Part shown: positions 47,501 to 57,445 of the stretch, piece after piece
How positions within the stretch are numbered: position 1 is the first letter of the stretch
Layout of the letters: each line of letters starts with the position of its first letter
NCBI GenBank assembly: GCA_043803745.1
Contig: JAZDJS010000015.1
Coordinates: 26,017-90,016, forward strand
Source of the DNA: an archaeon
GTDB taxonomy: Archaea > SpSt-1190 > DYHY01
Reading direction: 5' to 3'
Length of the DNA: 64,000 bases
The notes under the pieces: model-generated
Database searches by the model: none
Seen by the model: only the letters and a program-made list of their open reading frames with translations
What the model was told of the DNA's origin: nothing
Position numbers and translations under genes: made by a program

Positions 47501-47877
47501 CTGCTCTTTACCGCGCTCCCGTTGAAAAGCTCCGGCACGACCTCGCGGAAGAACATCATAGCGCTCGAGAAGCGCCCCTTCGCGGTCTTAACAACCGTTT
47601 TGCCCTTGGCCGTAAGGGAGAATATCTTCTTGGGCCTTTTGCCGCTTGTCCAGGACGACTTCAATATTTTCCCCTCTTCGAGAGCGGATAGGACGGCGTA
47701 GAATTCCCCGACCCCGAGTTTCCACCCGCCAAGGAAGCGGTAGGCTTTGCTGTTGAACTCCTTGAGGAGCGCATAGCCGTGCATTTCCTTCTTCACAAGG
47801 GAGAACAGGATGAAGAGCTTCAACATCCCCTTGCACATATGGTTTCTAATGCCTGCGTCGTCAATCTTCCAGTCCAT
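47497..47877 (-). CDS. PadR family transcriptional regulator
   Basis: IL..L...EMHGY.L, G..Y..L..LEE..., KK.FSLT.KG. Confidence 0.9.
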   Translation of the reverse strand: MDWKIDDAGIRNHMCKGMLKLFILFSLVKKEMHGYALLKEFNSKAYRFLGGWKLGVGEFYAVLSALEEGKILKSSWTSGKRPKKIFSLTAKGKTVVKTAKGRFSSAMMFFREVVPELFNGSAVKSR

Positions 47878-47924
47878 ATTCGGGTTCCTGAGTATTCATG
47901 TTTCCGAATAAGGGGGTATAAAAA
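47877..47924 (-). promoter_or_regulatory. TATA box and two overlapping palindromes; candidate PadR operators
   Basis: TATTC-N8-GAGTA at 47877-47894 and TATTC-N8-GAATA at 47893-47910, between the ATG and the TTTTTATA box (47917-47924). Confidence 0.65.
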
Positions 47925-47929
47925 CGTTT

Positions 47930-48649
47930 CTAAAGGTCAAGATACGGCAGGACGTCTCGCAGATTGTTGGTTTCGACGGAGACTCCGCCGAGTTCCTTTA
48001 CCCGCTGCACGAGCTCCGGATGGGCGTTCAAGGCTATCCGGTGCGACACCGCCTCCATTATCTTACTGTCGTTCCTGCCATCTCCCGTGAAACACCCGCC
48101 GTCAGGCAGGGGTATCCCGTATTTCTTCGCAATCTCGCGGAGAGAGGTCACTTTCCCCGCGTAGTCGTATTCCTTGAGGTCCCAACCGCAAAGAAGGCCA
48201 GTTTCTGGATCGAATCGGTATTTGCAGGCAGCCCTAATCTCATCAACGTAAGAAATACCTGGGAGACGCTCCAGCCGATTCTCGAAGCCTCCCGAGATTA
48301 TCGCAATGCGGTTCTCCGGGTTTGCTTCCTTTATTCCGCGGAATGTTTCCTCAACGCCGCCTATGAATGGCACGCTTGCAAGAACGCCCGCGAAAACTTC
48401 TTCGGTCAGGCCGTGCATCCGGTGGATTTCAATTGTCTGTCGCATAAAATCAATATAACTCCCCACGAGGAGCTCGCCGGTTCTCTGCTGCTCGTTCCAG
48501 CGGGCAGTCAGGGCGTCCTCCTCGGCAAGGCATGCGGGTCCGAGAGCGTTCGCAATAAGAGGCCAATCGCTAGGATAGCGGCCTTGCGCGCTCGCATGCG
48601 TCGTGAGGGTGCCCTCAGAGTCAAAAGCGTAAATTCTAGGAGGTTTCAT
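47930..48649 (-). CDS. HAD-superfamily hydrolase (phosphoserine phosphatase-like)
   Basis: FDSEGTL, IISGG, GK and GDGRND motifs; likely ATG at 48649. Confidence 0.85.
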   Translation of the reverse strand: MKPPRIYAFDSEGTLTTHASAQGRYPSDWPLIANALGPACLAEEDALTARWNEQQRTGELLVGSYIDFMRQTIEIHRMHGLTEEVFAGVLASVPFIGGVEETFRGIKEANPENRIAIISGGFENRLERLPGISYVDEIRAACKYRFDPETGLLCGWDLKEYDYAGKVTSLREIAKKYGIPLPDGGCFTGDGRNDSKIMEAVSHRIALNAHPELVQRVKELGGVSVETNNLRDVLPYLDL

Positions 48650-48765
48650 TTGGGAAGCTTTCCAGTTTTCTTTATAAGAGTTACTTTTCCATCGGAGTAT
48701 CGGCAATCAGATTACCGGCAAATCCGCGGGAAAGCCAATAAAAACCCCCCTTTCCAGCGGAAGGC

Positions 48766-50970
48766 ATGCCCGATTACTTTTCTGGAGAGTTCATCCGGGA
48801 TGGGAAGATCGAGCGACGGCTTTACCAGGAGCTCATTTCCGCGAACGTCCTCAGAGGAGGCAACACGCTGGTTGTCCTGCCGACCGCAATGGGGAAGACC
48901 GCGATTGCCGCGGTCGTGATTGCCGCAAGAATCTCGAAACTCGGAGGCAACGCAATCCTGATTACGCCCACAAAGCCCCTTGCCGAGCAGCATGCGAAAA
49001 CCCTTTCGGAATTCCTCAACATCCCCGCAATTGCGATAACCGGAGAGATTCCCGCCGAGAAACGGAGGGAGGCATACAAATCAGCCAGGGCAATATGCGT
49101 TACCGCGCCGGCAATCAGGAACGATATCCTTACCGGGGTTTTTTCCCTTTCGGACACTGTTGTTGCGGTTTTTGACGAGGCGCATCACTGCGTCAAGAAC
49201 GATTCCTATGTAATGATCGCGTCCGAATACCAGAAAATAGCCAAGAATCCCATGATTCTGGCCCTGACTGCTTCTCCCGGCCACACCAACGAAAGGGTTG
49301 ACGAAATCTGCCGGAACCTCAGCATTTCCCGGGTCGAGGCGCGGACGGAATCAGACCCTGACGTTTCCCAGTACGTTTCAAAGGTTTCCCTTGATTTCGT
49401 CCAGGTCGAACTTCCCCCGGAATTCCTGAAAGTGCGCGAGCTTCTCTTCTCAGTCCTCCGGGGATACTTGCGGGGGCTGAAAGCAGCGGGGCTGATAGAA
49501 TCAGCGGACTCGGGGTTCATAACCAAGCGCGAACTCCTTGCGGCGAAATCCCGGGCAGCCGCACTGCGCGACTTCAGCTCAATTGCCGGGACGGCGGGCG
49601 CGATAAAAATACTCCACTCAATAGAGCTTTTGGAAACTCAGGGGATTTGTTCCCTTAATGAATTCATCGGCAGGATGAAGGTCGACGGCTCCAAGTCGGC
49701 CAAGCAGATTTCGGCACTCGAGGATTTCCGCCAGGCCGAATCGATTTCAAGGCATCTCCAGGCAAGGGGCATCGACCACCCGAAGCTCGACAGGCTTGTT
49801 GCGCTGGTTTCCGGTAACAAGGCCCCCTCAATAATTTTCGCGCACTATCGCTCCCAGGCGAAGAAAATATCAGAAATCCTCTCTTCGGCGGGAACAACCT
49901 CGCGCATTTTCCTCGGGCAGAAGGAAGGGTTCACTCAGAAGAAGCAGAAGGAAACGATAGAGGCGTTCCGCAAGGAGGAATTCCAGGTCCTGGTGAGCAC
50001 CTCGGTCGGGGAGGAAGGGATCGACATCCCCTCTGTTGACCTGATAATTTTCTACGAGCCGGTCCCGAGCGCGATAAGGCACATCCAGCGCAGGGGGAGA
50101 ACGGGGCGGAAGGGCGAGGGCCGCGTAGTTGTCCTCTACGCGAAGGGCACTCGGGACGAGGCATACAAGTGGATTTCCCACAGGAACGAAAAGGCAATGC
50201 GGGAGATAATAAAGTCGGCCAGGTTTGCGAAGAAGGAGGAGCGGGCCGCGAACAAAACTCTTTTCCCTTTCATCAAAACGGATGAGGACGCGCAAGAGCC
50301 AGTCCAGCCGAAAATCCTCGCCGATTCCCGAGAAATTCCCTCCGGACTTGTCGCAATCCTGAAGAACCAGAACTTCGCGCTCGAGATTTCCGCTCTAAGC
50401 GTCGGGGATTTCATAATTTCCGATTCAATTGCGATTGAACGGAAGACCGCGCTTGACTTTGTTTCATCGATAATCGACGGGCGGCTTTTCGAGCAGGCTG
50501 CCGAGCTTTCCAGGAACTTCGACCGTCCCCTCATCATTCTCGAGGCCGAGAACGGTCTTTCTTCGGTTTATTCCGTCCGCAACATACATCCCAATGCGAT
50601 AAGGGGGGCGCTCGTCTCCATTGCGCTCGATTTCGGAATCCCCATTATTCTTTCATCCGGAATCGAGGAGACTGCGGCAGTCATATCGGTGATAGCCAAG
50701 CGGGAGTTTTCCGAGGGCAATCCCCCCCAGGTAAAGGGCAAAAGGCGGGGGAAAAATCTTCTCGAACAGCAGGAGATTTTGGTTGCGGCTCTGCCCGACA
50801 TAAACCTGACCCTTGCGCGCCGCCTCCTGGCAAGGTTCGGAACTCCCGCGCGCGTATTTCTCGCCTCTGAGAAGGAGCTTTGCGAAGTTGGCGGAATAGG
50901 CAAGGTCACTGCCTCGAAAATAAGGCAGCTCCTGCTCGGGGAAACCGGTGCGCATGATGGAAAAGAATAA
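48766..50970 (+). CDS. hef: Hef helicase/ERCC4 nuclease
   Basis: PTAMGKT, DEAH, LTASPG and QRRGRTGR helicase motifs; DSRE..GDF..ERKT nuclease; HhH end. Confidence 0.95.
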   Translation: MPDYFSGEFIRDGKIERRLYQELISANVLRGGNTLVVLPTAMGKTAIAAVVIAARISKLGGNAILITPTKPLAEQHAKTLSEFLNIPAIAITGEIPAEKRREAYKSARAICVTAPAIRNDILTGVFSLSDTVVAVFDEAHHCVKNDSYVMIASEYQKIAKNPMILALTASPGHTNERVDEICRNLSISRVEARTESDPDVSQYVSKVSLDFVQVELPPEFLKVRELLFSVLRGYLRGLKAAGLIESADSGFITKRELLAAKSRAAALRDFSSIAGTAGAIKILHSIELLETQGICSLNEFIGRMKVDGSKSAKQISALEDFRQAESISRHLQARGIDHPKLDRLVALVSGNKAPSIIFAHYRSQAKKISEILSSAGTTSRIFLGQKEGFTQKKQKETIEAFRKEEFQVLVSTSVGEEGIDIPSVDLIIFYEPVPSAIRHIQRRGRTGRKGEGRVVVLYAKGTRDEAYKWISHRNEKAMREIIKSARFAKKEERAANKTLFPFIKTDEDAQEPVQPKILADSREIPSGLVAILKNQNFALEISALSVGDFIISDSIAIERKTALDFVSSIIDGRLFEQAAELSRNFDRPLIILEAENGLSSVYSVRNIHPNAIRGALVSIALDFGIPIILSSGIEETAAVISVIAKREFSEGNPPQVKGKRRGKNLLEQQEILVAALPDINLTLARRLLARFGTPARVFLASEKELCEVGGIGKVTASKIRQLLLGETGAHDGKE

Positions 50971-50997
50971 AACCGCGCGGCAGAGGTTTGCCAGCTG

Positions 50998-51669
50998 ATG
51001 CAATCCTCGATAAGGCACCTCGGGCTTATTCCTGACGGAAACCGCCGGTTCGCCAGGGGGAAAAGCAAGCCGCCCTGGTGGGGACATGAAGCGGGCGTCC
51101 GGAACATGCGGGAGTTCTTCCACTGGGTTTTCGAGGGCTGGAAAATACCCGTACTTACTGTCTACGGGCTTTCATCCAAGAACCTTTCGCGGGCGCCGGT
51201 TGAGGTTTCAAGGATATTCTCCCTGATAAAGCTCGGTCTGAAGGACGCCGAGAAGAAAGACTTCTTCATGATGAACAACGTAAGGCTCCGCTTCATCGGC
51301 CGCCTGCATCTCCTTCCGAAGAACTTCCAGTCAGCCCTCCGGTCGGCTGAACGGGCAACCGAGGCAAACAAAAAGTTCTTCCTGAACATTGCGTTCGCAT
51401 ATGACGGTCAGGCGGAAATTGTCGACGCTGTTGCAAAGGGAGCGAGAACCGAGGAGGAAATCAGCCAGAAAATTTACCTCGGAGGCTTCCCCCCGCCCGA
51501 CTTGATAATACGGACGAGCGGCGAGCAGAGGCTTTCCGGATTCCTTCTGTGGGGCTCGAGCTATTCCGAGTTCGCGTTCTGCCGGAAGAAATGGCCGGAA
51601 TTCGTGCGCAAGGACCTCGACTCAATCCTGCGGAACTACGAGGCAAGGAATCGGCGTTTCGGCCGGTAG
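50998..51669 (+). CDS. uppS: cis-prenyltransferase (polyprenyl diphosphate synthase)
   Basis: HLGLIPDGNRRFA, DLIIRTSGEQRLSGFLLW and RRFGR motifs. Confidence 0.93.
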   Translation: MQSSIRHLGLIPDGNRRFARGKSKPPWWGHEAGVRNMREFFHWVFEGWKIPVLTVYGLSSKNLSRAPVEVSRIFSLIKLGLKDAEKKDFFMMNNVRLRFIGRLHLLPKNFQSALRSAERATEANKKFFLNIAFAYDGQAEIVDAVAKGARTEEEISQKIYLGGFPPPDLIIRTSGEQRLSGFLLWGSSYSEFAFCRKKWPEFVRKDLDSILRNYEARNRRFGR

Positions 51670-51677
51670 CCGCCAGT

Positions 51678-54600
51678 CTAGAAGAACAGCAGCAGGAGTG
51701 CAGCAGCCCCTATGGCGACGATGAACCAAGTGCCTACCCCGAGCCCGTCCTTCACAATGATTTCCTCGCACTCGCTTGAGAGGAGGTTCCCCTTCCAATT
51801 CGTCAGGTTCGCGCAGGCGAGGTATTCTCCACTCTGCAAGTTCGCGGATATGGTCCCGTTCGTCGGGAGGTCGGATGTCGCCGACGAGGAAACGCTGACA
51901 GTTCCATTGGAATCCTGCAGGCTGTCGTTGACGAGCGCATTGGTTGTCCGTCCGAGGAGTATGTACGGGATTGAGACGGGTCCCTTGTAGAACACGACTC
52001 TCGGCCAGATTATCTGGAACGGGAGAACGTCCACAGAAACGTCCTTCTTAAGGACCCGTTTCCCGAGGTCGGTCACCTCAAGCGGGACAGTCCGATCTTC
52101 CGTTCCAATTACCGTGAAGGAAACTTCGGCGCTCGAACCGGGGGAAACTCTTGCCGTTCCGCTCTCATCCCCGAACTTCACAAGAGCCTGCCCTTCGGCA
52201 GTTCCCTCGTTCTTGACCGTAACCGAGAAAAGCGCCTCCTCAAACTTGTAAACTTCGATCATTTCAGGAGCGGAGGCAGTTATCTTCGGCGCGTTCTCAA
52301 CCGGAACTGTTGTGGTCTGGCCGGGCGAAGTTGTCGATGTTTCAACTCCCCCGCCGATTGTCACCTGCTCGCTGTCCGAGGCAAAAAGCCTGCCATCGTT
52401 GAGGTTCGCCCAAATGGTATGGGTTCCCGGGGAAAGCTCCTTTGGAACCTTGAAGAACCCGTTGTCCATCCTTTCGTAAACATACCTGCCGGAATCAATT
52501 GCATATGCAAGGCTTCCGTTGGCAGAAGTGCCGTCCTCATATGTCCCGACGAACGAAATCTCCCCCGAACCGTATCCGATCGAGAGTCCCATTGAATCGT
52601 GTATTCTTGTGCAGACCTGGACCGACATGTTCCTCGCGCTTACAAGGTCGCAGCTCTCGGAAGAGGGCGAAAGCAAGGAAACGTCATAGATCCCGTCCGA
52701 AGGGGCTGCAGTCTTCCTCGTTGCCCGGTATGTCACTATGAATGGCTCGCTCGCGGGAATCCCCCCGACGAACCATTTGCCTTCTGCGGAGAAAAGGGAG
52801 TTCGGCTTGACGATTGCGGGAGCTTCGAGAGTAAAGTCTTCGTTTCCGTTGCCGGAAGGATTGACGGTCAGGATCGCGCTCGCCCAGCCGACCTTGTCCT
52901 CCTTTTGGGCATGCGCGGTGATGTTGTTGTTTCCGTACCACGAGGTTGTCCAAATTTCCTTTGAGAATTCCCCGAACGTGTTCGTCGTGAGGATTTCCTT
53001 GCCCCAGGGCATCCTGAGCTCGACGGTCGCGGACCGCACGGGAAGCGTCCCATCGCTGACTTTTCCGGAGATTATGCTGGTTTCCCCGGCGAGAACTGTC
53101 ATCGGCACGGCCTGGACAGTCACTTTCAGGTTGTTCGGCTCAAGGATGAACCATTTGCTTGCATATGCAGTGACGGGACCCGTCGCGCTCGCCATCGCCT
53201 TGGCGGATATTTCATGGCTTCCCTCGGGCGAGTTGTAAATGGTCAGGTAATAGCTTCCAGTAAAGTCCGTGTAAGTTGTCCATTTGCCGAAAGTCGTCCT
53301 GACTTCGACGAAAGTGTCGGCAGACGTTTCGGACGGGCAGGCCTTGTTGTTGACGGTCCCCCGGACCCGTATCTCCTCGCCCGGCGCGTAGAAATATTTG
53401 TCAGTCTCAACAGTCATTCCATAGACCCCGCAACTTCCGCTTGTTTCGGAAGTTCCGGTCACTGAATATTTGCAAACCCCTTCTGAGCAGAAATAACTCC
53501 TCTGTTCGGCGGCGGGCCCGTTGCAATAGCCTCCGCTCCTAAGCGAGCAGTAGTAGCTTTCGCAAACTGGCGTGCCCTCGGTATGCCCGTTGTAGCAATC
53601 GACGCGCGCAACATCGAACCCGTAGTTTGCGGCAACCGGATCGCTGTTGAAGAGCAGTTTGGATTTCCAAGTCGGGTAGTATTCAGTCCAGCCATATTGC
53701 CCGCCGTTGAAGTTCTTTTCAACAACGCCAATGAGCCTGTTCCCGGCGGTCCCGTCATAGACAAGTAGCTTGTCCCCGCTTTCAGCAGAGAGCTTGAGAT
53801 AGAAGCGCATCTTGGTCGTCCCGTTCGGGCAGGAGAAATACCCCGAATCCGTCTGGATTTTCGTCCGGTAGGGATGTTCGGTTCCGTAGCAGGTCTCCGT
53901 GTCCCCCCCGTTGAAGAATTGGTCCGTACTGCAGGAGGGATCTTGCGCGTCAATCAATCCGTCATTGTCGTTGTCGGCCCCGTCGCAGCAGATTTCCCGC
54001 CTGCCCCATTGGGCCGGAGTGAGGCAGCCGTAGGTAGTGGAAGTGGTTGCCGTTCCGACATCATAGGTTTCCTTGGCAACGCAGAACCCCTTCGAGCACT
54101 TGAAGTCGGTCGGACAGACATGCCCGCAGAATCCGCAGTTGAAGCTATCGCTGTTGAAATTTCCCGAACACACAGATTCGCAGAAGTTTCCGACCTTCAC
54201 ATAATCTACCCTGAGCGAGCTCCAGTCGGCAGTTGTCGTGTAATAGGTGTAGTTTCCGAACCATATTGTCTTGGGAGCCGCTGTCGAGGTCCCCGCCGAA
54301 TACATTACGCCATCGAAATAAATCTTATACTGGCCGGAAATGGACTCCATCCTGATGACATGCCAGTTGAGGTCGTACGAACCGGAGTAAACGGGCTCTC
54401 CGAAAGCGGTTACGTTAAGGAGCCCCGTCACAGTGTCGGACTTTACGGAAAGGAAGTCTTCCCTGTCGAAAGCCCCGACGTTGTCAGGCATGCGCGTTGC
54501 TGCGCTAAATGGCGAGAAAGTCCCGATGAAAATCCCAGAAGAGCGCTCCCGCACCTGCGGATACTGGAAGCGTATTTCAACGTAGTATTTGGAGCCGATT

Positions 54601-55391
54601 CCCGAGAAGGCATTGCTCCTTCCCACGAGAGGGAAATCATTGTCAAGCCCGTTCGAGGAAAGGAAAAGGTAGCTGCTGCTCTCGGAGAACTCTGCGCGTC
54701 CCCCGGACTGGTCGAAGGACCATCCGTTCGGCACGCCAACCGAAAAAGTGTCCTCGAAAACGTTTCCCGGAGTGCACGCCTCTGTCGGAGTGTCCGTCAT
54801 GCAGAACCCGCTCGAGCAATAGTACCCGGTCGGACAGGCATGTCCGCAGGCCCCGCAATTCTCCCTGCTGTTTTTCAGGTCAATCCCATAACAGTCGATT
54901 GAAGTGCCCGGAATATCCGAAACGCACATTCCGCTCGAGCAATAGTACCCGGTCGGACAGGCATGTCCGCAGGCCCCGCAATTGCTTTCATCAGTTTCAA
55001 TATCGGCTCCGTTGCAATAAGGCGCAGTTGTGCTTGTCGTGGTTTGACAAGAGATGCAAGAAGGAATTGTCGTCGCGGTTGTAGTGGTTGTCGGCCAAAC
55101 ATAGTTCCCGCAAATGCAGGTTCCGCCAGTCTTGAGAAGTTCCTTGCATGCAGTGTAGCAGTATCCGCTCTGCGAAAGGGGTTTGCACGGACCCAGCGGA
55201 TTGCACCACTGGATTTCCCCGGGCCCGCAAGTGACCCCGTTAAACGAACATCCTCCGCCGCAGCCGTTGTTAGCTCCGGGGCTGCTGCAATGGCAGTTCC
55301 ACGAAAAGCCGGTTGACAGAATAATGGAGAGAAACAGCGCAGACAAAAAAAACGCAGCCAGAACAAATCCAAACAGTTTTCCCTTTACCAT
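51678..55391 (-). CDS. large Cys-rich modular cell-surface protein (1237 aa)
   Basis: signal peptide; three NCG.CGH.CP...CS.G.C repeats; lectin-like beta-sandwich; CDGADNDNDGLID motif; Ig-like domains; C-terminal TM. Confidence 0.85.
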   Translation of the reverse strand: MVKGKLFGFVLAAFFLSALFLSIILSTGFSWNCHCSSPGANNGCGGGCSFNGVTCGPGEIQWCNPLGPCKPLSQSGYCYTACKELLKTGGTCICGNYVWPTTTTTATTIPSCISCQTTTSTTAPYCNGADIETDESNCGACGHACPTGYYCSSGMCVSDIPGTSIDCYGIDLKNSRENCGACGHACPTGYYCSSGFCMTDTPTEACTPGNVFEDTFSVGVPNGWSFDQSGGRAEFSESSSYLFLSSNGLDNDFPLVGRSNAFSGIGSKYYVEIRFQYPQVRERSSGIFIGTFSPFSAATRMPDNVGAFDREDFLSVKSDTVTGLLNVTAFGEPVYSGSYDLNWHVIRMESISGQYKIYFDGVMYSAGTSTAAPKTIWFGNYTYYTTTADWSSLRVDYVKVGNFCESVCSGNFNSDSFNCGFCGHVCPTDFKCSKGFCVAKETYDVGTATTSTTYGCLTPAQWGRREICCDGADNDNDGLIDAQDPSCSTDQFFNGGDTETCYGTEHPYRTKIQTDSGYFSCPNGTTKMRFYLKLSAESGDKLLVYDGTAGNRLIGVVEKNFNGGQYGWTEYYPTWKSKLLFNSDPVAANYGFDVARVDCYNGHTEGTPVCESYYCSLRSGGYCNGPAAEQRSYFCSEGVCKYSVTGTSETSGSCGVYGMTVETDKYFYAPGEEIRVRGTVNNKACPSETSADTFVEVRTTFGKWTTYTDFTGSYYLTIYNSPEGSHEISAKAMASATGPVTAYASKWFILEPNNLKVTVQAVPMTVLAGETSIISGKVSDGTLPVRSATVELRMPWGKEILTTNTFGEFSKEIWTTSWYGNNNITAHAQKEDKVGWASAILTVNPSGNGNEDFTLEAPAIVKPNSLFSAEGKWFVGGIPASEPFIVTYRATRKTAAPSDGIYDVSLLSPSSESCDLVSARNMSVQVCTRIHDSMGLSIGYGSGEISFVGTYEDGTSANGSLAYAIDSGRYVYERMDNGFFKVPKELSPGTHTIWANLNDGRLFASDSEQVTIGGGVETSTTSPGQTTTVPVENAPKITASAPEMIEVYKFEEALFSVTVKNEGTAEGQALVKFGDESGTARVSPGSSAEVSFTVIGTEDRTVPLEVTDLGKRVLKKDVSVDVLPFQIIWPRVVFYKGPVSIPYILLGRTTNALVNDSLQDSNGTVSVSSSATSDLPTNGTISANLQSGEYLACANLTNWKGNLLSSECEEIIVKDGLGVGTWFIVAIGAAALLLLFF
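54808..54983. repeat. identical 53-bp direct repeat inside the surface-protein gene
   Basis: 54808-54860 equals 54931-54983, 123 bp (41 codons) apart; encodes NCGACGHACPTGYYCSSG. Confidence 0.95.
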
Positions 55392-55547
55392 GTTTTCACC
55401 ATTTATGCGTAGTCAATTATTTATAAGCTTTCCCGTCAAATCCCCTCAGGAACCCCTTGAGGAACCACTCAGGAACCCTCGGTACATGCCCCTTTCCGCC
55501 CTTGATTTAAAAATCCACTCTAATAAACTTTTCCGGAGAATAACCCA

Positions 55548-56603
55548 ATGTACCACGTAGTTGGAGGCGGTCCTGTAGGGCTTTGGGTTGCCGGAAAGCT
55601 CGGCAGGGAGGCGGTTCTCCACGAGGAGCACGCGGAAATAGGAAGGCCTGAGCATTGCACCGGGCTAGTCTCCAACCGGCTTGAGACAATCGTCCGGGTG
55701 CCAGAGGAGCTGAAACTTAACCGCGTCGCCGGCGCAAAATTCTTCTCAAGGAACGGGAGCTTCACGCTAACGCGGGGAAGAACCGAGGCAAACGTGATTG
55801 ACCGGGCCGGATTTGACAAATACCTTTCCGAGCTTGCCGAATCGGCGGGAGCGGAAATCCTGAAGGGGCGAAACGCGAATCCTTTCCGGTTTCCGAGAAA
55901 CAGGACGGTTTTCGTTGCAGAGGGAGTTTCCTCAAGGACGACGCGCGCGCTTGGCGGTAAAATGGAAACGCTTCCAGCCGTCCAATATGTCATCAGGACA
56001 AGGGAACGGCTCGATTCCGGGTTCGTTGAACTCCACTTCCTCCGGAGCGAGTTTTTCGCATGGGTTGTCCCGGAAAGCGGGCATCTAGCGAAAGTCGGCG
56101 TTGCCGCCGGGGAAAAGCCGAAGGAGCTGCTTGATCTCTTTCTGAAACGCAGGTTCTTCGGATCCGGCTTCCGCACAATCTGCAGGCAAGGAAGCCACGT
56201 TGTTGTTGGAGGACCCGTCAAAAAGACGGTCCACGGCAACCTCGTGCTTGTTGGCGACTGCGCAGGGCAGGTAAAGGCAACTACCGGCGGGGGAATCGTC
56301 ACTGGGCTGATTTGCGCAGGAATCGCAGCTGAGAACGCCGGAAACCCTCTGAAATATGAGTGTGAATGGCGGAGGAAAGTCGGAGGGGAACTGGAGGCTG
56401 CCCGCCTGGTCCGGAAGGTCCTCTCAAGGCTTTCTGCGGAGGAATATGACGGACTCATTGGTTTTGCCAAGCGCAATTCGTCCGCGCTCAGGCGCTCGGG
56501 AGACATGGATTTCCATTCGAAAACCCTCTTGGAAATCTTCTCAAAGCCCCTGAATTGGGGTTTCCTCTTGAAATATCTCGGAAAACTTTTCCTTCATGGC
56601 TAG
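55548..56603 (+). CDS. geranylgeranyl reductase family FAD-dependent oxidoreductase
   Basis: VVGGGPVG, C.GLVS, IDR..FD, FFAWVVP and GDCAGQVKATTGGGI motifs. Confidence 0.9.
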   Translation: MYHVVGGGPVGLWVAGKLGREAVLHEEHAEIGRPEHCTGLVSNRLETIVRVPEELKLNRVAGAKFFSRNGSFTLTRGRTEANVIDRAGFDKYLSELAESAGAEILKGRNANPFRFPRNRTVFVAEGVSSRTTRALGGKMETLPAVQYVIRTRERLDSGFVELHFLRSEFFAWVVPESGHLAKVGVAAGEKPKELLDLFLKRRFFGSGFRTICRQGSHVVVGGPVKKTVHGNLVLVGDCAGQVKATTGGGIVTGLICAGIAAENAGNPLKYECEWRRKVGGELEAARLVRKVLSRLSAEEYDGLIGFAKRNSSALRRSGDMDFHSKTLLEIFSKPLNWGFLLKYLGKLFLHG

Positions 56604-56863
56604 AATTTGGTCGAAAGGTTGGTGCAAACCTGCCGGATTGCGTCGCCGTTCAGCTGTCCGACCGCCCAAGTGCGTCCCTCGAGCTTCAGGACGGGCGTGC
56701 TCAAGAAATTCATCCGGAGGAGCTCCGTCTGCGCTGCGCTTTCAGCATCAACATCCTTTACAACGACAGCCCGCGAGAATTTTTCGCCGAGAATCACCCG
56801 CATCTCCTCAACAACCTTCCTGCAAAATTGGCAATCCGTTGAAACGAAAAGTTCTGCTGACAT
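56600..56863 (-). CDS. thioredoxin/glutaredoxin-like protein
   Basis: LFVSTDCQFC and STPVL motifs. Confidence 0.82.
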   Translation of the reverse strand: MSAELFVSTDCQFCRKVVEEMRVILGEKFSRAVVVKDVDAESAAQTELLRMNFLSTPVLKLEGRTWAVGQLNGDAIRQVCTNLSTKF

Positions 56864-56946
56864 ACCCATCCCGAATCTGCGAGGCAAGTCAGGTATAAAT
56901 GCAAAATGACACGGCGAAACAACCATTGGAAAGCAATAATCGTTTT

Positions 56947-57390
56947 TTAAACTCTTTTAAACGGGAGTTTTCTTGCCCCAAGGCCAAAAAAGGAGATTCC
57001 GGAAACAACAAGAGCAACCGAAACGCTGTTAAGGGGCATCTTGAGGATTATTGAAAGAACGGTTGTCGCCGACACGACGAGCCCTATGCTTACCGCAACC
57101 GAAAGTACGAGGCGTTCAGTGAGATCGGCGGAGGAAGCCTTTCTGGAAAGGACATCAAGCCACAAATATCCGGGGCAAAAGAGAACTGCCGCGAGCCCGA
57201 GAGGCACCTGCAAGACGTTGTTTCTAGCGAAAAGGACGTTAGCAAGATGAAGAAGGGCCAAAAGCGCCGCGAAAAAGACACCTGCCCGGCTGTCCGAGAG
57301 AAAAGCGCGGAATCCGGAGACGAAAGTGCCCTTTCCAGTGTAGGAATATCCCTTTTTTGCCGCTTTCTTTTTCCCGATTAGTAGAGCCAT
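56947..57390 (-). CDS. DUF1616-like membrane protein
   Basis: LGL..VLF.PGY and ERLVLSVAVSI motifs. Confidence 0.75.
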   Translation of the reverse strand: MALLIGKKKAAKKGYSYTGKGTFVSGFRAFLSDSRAGVFFAALLALLHLANVLFARNNVLQVPLGLAAVLFCPGYLWLDVLSRKASSADLTERLVLSVAVSIGLVVSATTVLSIILKMPLNSVSVALVVSGISFFGLGARKLPFKRV

Positions 57391-57445
57391 ATTCCGCCCT
57401 CGGAACAAGCTACCATCTTAAAAACTTTGGCTGGAAAGGGCGGGA

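Noticed and set aside
54808-54983. DGR template/variable repeat pair
   Set aside because: The copies are identical with no adenine-specific mismatches, both are in frame in one gene, and no reverse transcriptase is present
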